From Planctomycetales bacterium (GTDB lineage Bacteria > 4484-113): a stretch of DNA of 11,797 nt. The stretch lies in assembly GCA_037445915.1 (NCBI GenBank), contig JBBIJQ010000060.1:1-11797 (forward strand), given 5' to 3'. This document shows positions 1 to 4,927 of this stretch, one piece after another (positions within the stretch are counted from its first letter, which is position 1; every line of letters starts with the position of its first letter). The position numbers and the translations under genes were made by a program. A model generated the notes under the pieces. It did not search any database. It was not told the origin of the DNA and was given only the letters and a program-made list of their open reading frames with translations.

Positions 1-73
1 CGCCTTGCTCCGGCGCAAAGCTTGCGGCTATGCTAACAAACACAACTTCATCGGGATGATGCTCTCTCTCCAA
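1..73 (-). CDS. Possible N-terminal fragment of a gene running off the left edge (MEREHHPDEVVFVSIAASFAPEQG...)
   Basis: TTG at 73-71 follows a purine-rich stretch (GGGAAGAGGG) on the minus strand, and the frame is open to the window edge. It is too short to identify. Confidence 0.3.
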   Translation of the reverse strand, partial: MEREHHPDEVVFVSIAASFAPEQG

Positions 74-119
74 CCCTCTTCCCACTATAAACGATGAAGA
101 GCCTTATCGGCAGCCTGCA

Positions 120-147
120 TTGCAGCACAGCATTTCTGGTGTATAAT
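120..147 (+). promoter_or_regulatory. Sigma70-type promoter (TTGCAG-16nt-TATAAT)
   Basis: TTGCAG at 120-125 and a perfect TATAAT at 142-147; predicted start site about 154. Confidence 0.65.
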
Positions 148-153
148 CTACAT

Positions 154-311
154 ATCCGGCAAGGGCCGCGTCTGTCGCAAGCCGGAAGGCTTTGGAAGGG
201 CGTTCACATGAACGCGCCTATACGGTCGCCGAGAGGAACGCTTGCGCTGTGAAGCCCATTGTGGGTAATACTCAAGAAGGCAGGTGAAATGCCACACCAA
301 CTGACACGCGG
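154..311 (+). ncRNA. Candidate structured leader or small RNA of unknown family
   Basis: Starts just after the promoter. Visible pairings are 166-177/302-311 (closing stem), 179-192 (AAGCC-GGAA-GGCTT), 198-208/248-257, 200-215, 254-266 and 279-293. I could not match it confidently to a known family. Confidence 0.3.
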
Positions 312-852
312 GGGTATCCTAGAGTCATTCTCGGCTCGTGCGCTCTTATTTTATTTGACTTTAGCCCTGGTAGTAATCATTGCGGGAGGCTACCTCTACA
401 CCTACATTACTACTCCTTTTGTAAGGTTCGATGATTACGGCATATCGCTACTGGCTAAAGTCCCTATGACCGGCTATAAAGAAACCTTCCACGAGGAACC
501 GAAGGGACGCAGCGCTTTCCTTGACGTTGGCCTACCTTCAAGTGTAGCGATGGAAGAGGCGCAAGCGACTATTGTTGCTGCCATGGCTGACCTGCATAAA
601 CGGCGGCCTGATGTTGACGTTATAACGGTCACGGCCTATTACGACTTTAACTTTGGGCAAGGACCTTACTTTTCGCTCGGCACAGCAACCTGGGGGATAA
701 ACGGCCAACCTGCCCCAGTTGTTCACACCCGGGATAAGAGTAACTACAAGGTTTCATTCAACTGGCGGGTTACCCTCCCTACTATTGATGAGCGGACGTT
801 GGCGGAAAGCCAGTTAAAAGCCCGTCAAGAGGCGTCTTCCAAACAGAAATAG
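289..852 (+). CDS. Hypothetical membrane-anchored protein (one N-terminal TM helix followed by a soluble domain)
   Basis: ATG at 289 follows AAGAAGGCAGGTG and is preferred over the TTG at 259. Hydrophobic segment ALLFYLTLALVVIIAGGYLY. No recognisable family motif. Confidence 0.7.
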   Translation: MPHQLTRGGILESFSARALLFYLTLALVVIIAGGYLYTYITTPFVRFDDYGISLLAKVPMTGYKETFHEEPKGRSAFLDVGLPSSVAMEEAQATIVAAMADLHKRRPDVDVITVTAYYDFNFGQGPYFSLGTATWGINGQPAPVVHTRDKSNYKVSFNWRVTLPTIDERTLAESQLKARQEASSKQK

Positions 853-878
853 CATTTATCCCTCGCGCGCGTGCCGTT

Positions 879-907
879 TTGCATCCAACGACTTATTGTG
901 CTAGATT
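879..907 (+). promoter_or_regulatory. Putative smpB-murI promoter (TTGCAT-17nt-TAGATT with extended -10 TG)
   Basis: TTGCAT at 879-884, TG at 899-900 and TAGATT at 902-907. Confidence 0.5.
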
Positions 908-910
908 AGC

Positions 911-944
911 ATCCCGCCAGCAATACTGGCGGGATTTGTGCTTT
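911..944 (+). terminator. Intrinsic terminator-like hairpin
   Basis: Perfect 10-bp inverted repeat ATCCCGCCAG-caata-CTGGCGGGAT (911-935) followed by TTGTGCTTT, about 60 nt after the ORF1 stop. Confidence 0.55.
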
Positions 945-973
945 ATGGCGCCCAGTCCGGGCGCGAGAGTCTA

Positions 974-1435
974 ATGGCGAATGAGCGCACCAATATCGTC
1001 AACCGCAAGGCCAGGTATGAGTACGAGATACTTGATGCCTTTGAAGCCGGCATAGCCCTCCATGGCTGCGAGGTAAAGTCCGTGCGCGCAGGAAAGGTTT
1101 CCTTGGCTGAAGCATTCTGCCGGTTTGTAGGCAGCGAGCTATTCCTCGTAAACTGCAACATATCTCCATACCCCCAGGCAGGCACCCACGCAGCCCTGTC
1201 CCCTACCAGGCAGCGCAAGCTGCTGCTGAACCGCGCTGAACTGCGCCGCTTGCACTCAAAAGTAACCACACGCGGGCTGACCATTATTCCTTTGCGCATC
1301 TACAACAAGGCCAGCTTGATGAAAGTGGAAATCGCCCTTGTTCGCGGGAAGAAGGCTGCCGACAAGCGAAAGACTATTCGCGAGCGTGAACTGCGGCGCG
1401 AATCGCGCAACTTGAAAGGTAAGCTTAAGGTATGA
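974..1435 (+). CDS. smpB: SsrA-binding protein SmpB
   Basis: Motifs NRKARYEYEI, EAGIALxGxEVKSVR, RxRKLLL, GLTIIPL and KVEIALVRGKK..DKR. ATG at 974 gives the canonical N-terminus. Confidence 0.97.
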   Translation: MANERTNIVNRKARYEYEILDAFEAGIALHGCEVKSVRAGKVSLAEAFCRFVGSELFLVNCNISPYPQAGTHAALSPTRQRKLLLNRAELRRLHSKVTTRGLTIIPLRIYNKASLMKVEIALVRGKKAADKRKTIRERELRRESRNLKGKLKV

Positions 1436-2286
1436 CTACTTCTCCTCTCAACCACCCTCGTCAGGAGCTAGACCGCAGCCTGCCAATCGGAATGTTCGAT
1501 TCTGGAGTCGGCGGCTTTACCGTCTTTAGGCAGCTTAAGAAGATTCTCCCCAATGAGAGTGTTGTTTACTTCGGGGACACCGCCAACATCCCTTACGGCG
1601 ATAAGCAGCCTGGGCTTATCCATGCTTGGGCGAAGAATATCATTGCTTTCCTGACCACGCAACGCGTTAAGGCTATTGCAGTGGCCTGCAATGTCAGCTC
1701 AAGCGTATTGACCGAAGCAGATTTCGCCGAATCACCCGTCCCAGTCTTCGGGCTAATTTACAACGGTGCTACAGCCGCGCTCAACGTGACACAGAGCAAT
1801 CGGATTGGGATTCTGGCGACTGCCGCAACTGTGCAGACCGCTTCCTACGTAAAGACAATACAGCGCTTCAGCCCTGAGACGGCAGTCTTTCAGAGCGCAT
1901 GCCCGAAGTTTGTCCCGCTGGTTGAGCGTGGCGCTTTTTCCGGCGCTGAAGTTGATGCTGCGGTATCTGAATACACAGCCCCCTTACGCAACGCAGGCGT
2001 GGACACTGTCATTTATGGCTGTACACACTATCCATTCCTTGGAGCTTCTATCAAGAGCCATTTAGAAGGAGTGCATTTGATAGACCCGGCCGTGGAGATA
2101 ATTTCCGAGCTAGCAGCCTACTTGCACAATCACAACCTTCTCCGCCAGGAAGGGCCAGCCCCAGACGTCGTCTTCGCCAGCGATTTGAATGGGCAGTTCA
2201 TTAACACTGCCAAGCTGTTTCTGGGAATAGACATTCGCCCGATATCCAGCCAAGTCATTGTGAATCCGGCGAAAGCTAACTCCTGA
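1432..2286 (+). CDS. murI: Glutamate racemase
   Basis: IGMFDSGVGG, YFGDTANIPYG, catalytic Cys in ACN and GCTHYP, and LIDP. Starts with an ATGA overlap on the smpB stop. Confidence 0.96.
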   Translation: MTTSPLNHPRQELDRSLPIGMFDSGVGGFTVFRQLKKILPNESVVYFGDTANIPYGDKQPGLIHAWAKNIIAFLTTQRVKAIAVACNVSSSVLTEADFAESPVPVFGLIYNGATAALNVTQSNRIGILATAATVQTASYVKTIQRFSPETAVFQSACPKFVPLVERGAFSGAEVDAAVSEYTAPLRNAGVDTVIYGCTHYPFLGASIKSHLEGVHLIDPAVEIISELAAYLHNHNLLRQEGPAPDVVFASDLNGQFINTAKLFLGIDIRPISSQVIVNPAKANS

Positions 2287-2292
2287 TATACT
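2284..2292 (+). promoter_or_regulatory. Extended -10 element (TGaTATACT) 6 nt before the rph ATG
   Basis: TG at 2284-2285, TATACT at 2287-2292 and ATG at 2299, with no Shine-Dalgarno between them. Confidence 0.5.
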
Positions 2293-2298
2293 GGTTCT

Positions 2299-3021
2299 AT
2301 GCCAATGAAGAGAACTGACGGCCGGCGCACCGATGAGATGCGCCCTATTTCAATTCAAGCGAACTATCTTCGCGAGCACGGGACGCTCATTTCCTACGGG
2401 GAAACGAAAGTCCTCTGCTACGCCAGCCTGGAAGAACGCGTGCCTTACTGGCTTCTAGGAGCAGGGCACGGCTGGCTCACCGCGGAGTACAACATGCTTC
2501 CGATGGCGTCTTACCCTCGCCAGCAGCGCGAGCGCGATCCAAGCGGGCGCACAAGCGAAATCCAGCGAACGATTGGCAGGGCGCTCCGGGCATCATTACA
2601 CCTCCAGCTTCTGCCCACGATGACCATAAAGCTTGACTGCGACGTTCTCATTGCAGATGGCGGGACGCGCACGGCTGCCATTACCGGCGCATTCGTAAGC
2701 CTTGCCTCGTTGATTTATGCCGAACGCCACAGGTTCGCGAAGTCGCCACTCCGCTCTCAGCTTGCCGCCGTGTCAGTAGGCCTTATGAATGGGGAGCCTC
2801 TTCTTGATCTAGCATATCAAGAAGACAGCACATGCGGCATGGACGGCAATGTCGTGAAAATGGCGTCAGGCCGGCTAGTGGAAACTAGCTTCACCGCCGA
2901 ACGTGAGAACTTTAGCGAGGATGACGTAGCTAAGCTACTCAAACTAGCCGACATAGGCCTAAGCACTGTCTTCGCCGAACAACTTAAGCACCTGCCTGGC
3001 AGGCTTCAGTACACGACGTGA
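2299..3021 (+). CDS. rph: Ribonuclease PH
   Basis: RxDGR, GWLTAEYNMLP, SGRTSEIQRTIGRALR, DCDVLIADGGTRTAAITGA and LDLAYQED. Alternative start at ATG 2305. Confidence 0.96.
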   Translation: MPMKRTDGRRTDEMRPISIQANYLREHGTLISYGETKVLCYASLEERVPYWLLGAGHGWLTAEYNMLPMASYPRQQRERDPSGRTSEIQRTIGRALRASLHLQLLPTMTIKLDCDVLIADGGTRTAAITGAFVSLASLIYAERHRFAKSPLRSQLAAVSVGLMNGEPLLDLAYQEDSTCGMDGNVVKMASGRLVETSFTAERENFSEDDVAKLLKLADIGLSTVFAEQLKHLPGRLQYTT

Positions 3022-3034
3022 TACAACTGCGGAT

Positions 3035-3062
3035 CAGGCGGCGAGGCAGTTTCCGCCGCCTG
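3035..3062. terminator. Hairpin between convergent rph and ferredoxin genes (likely terminator)
   Basis: 9-bp inverted repeat CAGGCGGCG (3035-3043) / CGCCGCCTG (3054-3062); U-tracts are weak. Confidence 0.55.
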
Positions 3063-3086
3063 GTTATTCAGTAATTCTTGTAGTAA

Positions 3087-3272
3087 TTAAGCGTCTTCTT
3101 CCAAAACCGCCGCACCAGCCGGGCAAACCTCCGCGCATTCCCCGCAATCGGTGCAAAGATCAGGGTCAATAACGGCGATGCTGCTGCCGTCTGGGATGGA
3201 GATTGCGGTTACCGGGCATACATCAATGCACTCTTTGTGCAGCGCGCACTTGTTCGTAATTACGTAAGTCAT
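3087..3272 (-). CDS. Small dicluster-type ferredoxin (61 aa) with a variant first motif CxxHxxCxxxCP
   Basis: MTYVITNKCALHKECIDVCP...IDPDLCTDCGECAEVCP. A perfect GGAGG at 3284-3280 lies 7 nt before ATG 3272. Confidence 0.93.
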   Translation of the reverse strand: MTYVITNKCALHKECIDVCPVTAISIPDGSSIAVIDPDLCTDCGECAEVCPAGAAVLEEDA

Positions 3273-3325
3273 CGTTGTTCCTCCGTAGTTTCTGCTTGGT
3301 CGCAGCGCCAAACGCTGCAGGAATG

Positions 3326-3354
3326 AGAATACCACTCGCAACGCGCCTTTTCAA
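3326..3354 (-). promoter_or_regulatory. Ferredoxin promoter (TTGAAA-17nt-TATTCT with extended -10 TG)
   Basis: On the minus strand, TTGAAA at 3354-3349 and TGgTATTCT at 3334-3326. Confidence 0.55.
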
Positions 3355-3366
3355 TACTATTTGCCT

Positions 3367-3396
3367 TTGTCCCGCGCCCACATCCCGCGCTATAAT
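3367..3396 (+). promoter_or_regulatory. lipB promoter (TTGTCC-18nt-TATAAT)
   Basis: TTGTCC at 3367-3372 and a perfect TATAAT at 3391-3396, 8 nt before the GTG start. Confidence 0.6.
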
Positions 3397-3404
3397 CTTG
3401 CGCC

Positions 3405-4082
3405 GTGATTAACGTTAATGCTATCTGGCTTGGGCGGATGCCCTATAAAGAATGCTGGGATTACCAGCAAGAGGTGCACGCGTGTGTCGTGGCGGGAAGA
3501 ACGCCATCAACGCTTTTGCTCCTTGAACACGATCCAGTAGTAACAGTAGGGCGGCACGGCAACAGCTCTAACATATACTTCACGCCCGACCAGCTGGCGC
3601 TCAAAGGCGTCGCTCTGCACAGCATTGAGCGTGGCGGTGATGTCACATACCATGGTCCCGGCCAGCTAATTGGCTATCCAATCCTGAATTTGAAGGAATT
3701 GGATATTGGCGTCGCTGATTACTTGCGAAAGCTGGAGGAGAGCCTGATTTCGCTGCTTTCGGCTTATGGCTTGCAGACGCATCGGGAAGACGGGTACACC
3801 GGCGTCTGGCATCAGAATGCGAAAGTCGCCGCAATAGGAATTGCGGTCAAGCGATGGGTCACGTTTCATGGCTTCGCCTTGAATGTTACGACTGATCTGG
3901 ATTCTTTCAACCTGATAAACCCGTGCGGCTTATCGCGGCCAGTGACTAGCATTATAGAGCTGACTCAGCAGGGAATGGAGTGTCGCGCCGTAGCTGAAGA
4001 CTACTTGCCGCATTTCGCCGCGGTCTATGGAGCTTCACTTCCCGAACTTGTGGAGGGAAAACGCACGCCTAAACGGCTATGA
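3405..4082 (+). CDS. lipB: Octanoyltransferase LipB
   Basis: LLLLEHDPVVTVGR, RGGDVTYHGPGQLIGYPI, TGVW, KVAAIG, HGFALNV and INPCGL (catalytic Cys). Confidence 0.96.
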   Translation: MINVNAIWLGRMPYKECWDYQQEVHACVVAGRTPSTLLLLEHDPVVTVGRHGNSSNIYFTPDQLALKGVALHSIERGGDVTYHGPGQLIGYPILNLKELDIGVADYLRKLEESLISLLSAYGLQTHREDGYTGVWHQNAKVAAIGIAVKRWVTFHGFALNVTTDLDSFNLINPCGLSRPVTSIIELTQQGMECRAVAEDYLPHFAAVYGASLPELVEGKRTPKRL

Positions 4083-4087
4083 TGCTT

Positions 4088-4924
4088 TTAAGTAACCTTG
4101 AATGTGCTTCCGCCTACTACTAGCAGGTCGCCTGGAGCAAGGCTGCTTTCAGAAACGCGCTGTCCTCCGACATAAGTTCCGTTTGTACTGCCTTGATCGC
4201 GGACAGCAAGCCCATCGTCATTCCAAATGATTACGCAGTGCTTGCGGGAAACCTGCTTGTCTTCTTCAAGCAAGATATCGCCTTCGCTGCGCCCTATGGC
4301 ATTAGTCCCCATCTTCAAGGGAAACTGCTTTCCTAAATATGGGCCACCAACGCTAACAAGCATGAACTCGTTTAGCGCTGACACGGCCGGATGAGGTTCA
4401 GCCTTCATCATCTCAAGGCCTTTGCGCATCGCTTCGGTAACCGTGCTGGACGGCACAGCTCCGCGCTCGTCGGCAACCTTGGCTACCTGCTTGGATGTAG
4501 CTTTTGCATGCGTAAGCCGTCCCACGATTAGCGCGATGTAACCAATTACAAGCGCCAAACTAAGGATGAACATTACTAGAGCAAGCCCCATCGGGGCTGG
4601 TTCTAAGTGGGGAGCATCTCGCAAGAAGATGAAATACCCGCCTACCAAGCAGCCTACCAGCAGCCCAAACGCGCCTAGCGCTCTGAGGTAATGCGCGTCC
4701 ACGACTTCAGCAACTAGCACAAGCAAATAGGCGGCTATTATAAAGGAGTAAATGGCAAGCGCGTCCAGTAGGCCTTGCATGCCTAGCTTGGAGAATGACT
4801 GGACAAGGTAGATGTATCCCGCGCCGCCTAGTGCGAGGAACTGCGCGAACTCCAGCAACCGCAGAAGCGGCTTATTGTAGAGCGCACCCGTAATTCCGCC
4901 GGATGGGCGCATTTTTATAAGCAA
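4088..4924 (-). CDS. Membrane protein with about 4 N-terminal TM helices and a C-terminal FHA domain
   Basis: Four hydrophobic segments, then FHA signature residues IGR, VSRKHC, DQGSTNGTYV and LAPGDLLVVG. Start is TTG 4924 or ATG 4912. Confidence 0.88.
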   Translation of the reverse strand: MLIKMRPSGGITGALYNKPLLRLLEFAQFLALGGAGYIYLVQSFSKLGMQGLLDALAIYSFIIAAYLLVLVAEVVDAHYLRALGAFGLLVGCLVGGYFIFLRDAPHLEPAPMGLALVMFILSLALVIGYIALIVGRLTHAKATSKQVAKVADERGAVPSSTVTEAMRKGLEMMKAEPHPAVSALNEFMLVSVGGPYLGKQFPLKMGTNAIGRSEGDILLEEDKQVSRKHCVIIWNDDGLAVRDQGSTNGTYVGGQRVSESSLAPGDLLVVGGSTFKVT

Positions 4925-4927
4925 TGC

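Noticed and set aside
46-102. Inverted repeats CTTCATCG/CGATGAAG and CTCTTC/GAAGAG; possible fluoride riboswitch
   Set aside because: Short stems with long loops, poor match to the fluoride riboswitch consensus, and no cognate gene visible.
250-293. Selenocysteine codon with SECIS-like hairpins after the in-frame TGA
   Set aside because: The peptide context (TLAL-U-SPLW) resembles no redox or selenoprotein motif and the hairpin resemblance is superficial.
277-298. FMN or cobalamin riboswitch, suggested by GGCAGGTGAAATGCC
   Set aside because: Only one T-loop-like element matches; the other conserved segments are absent.
208-320. tmRNA (standard or permuted) near smpB, suggested by a uORF ending in LAL-stop and by CACCA followed by GGGGG
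   Set aside because: No canonical T-arm followed by a 7-bp acceptor strand, and no alanine acceptor stem can be built.
938-973. N-terminal extension of SmpB in the ORF track
   Set aside because: It runs through non-coding hairpins; ATG 974 gives the canonical SmpB start.
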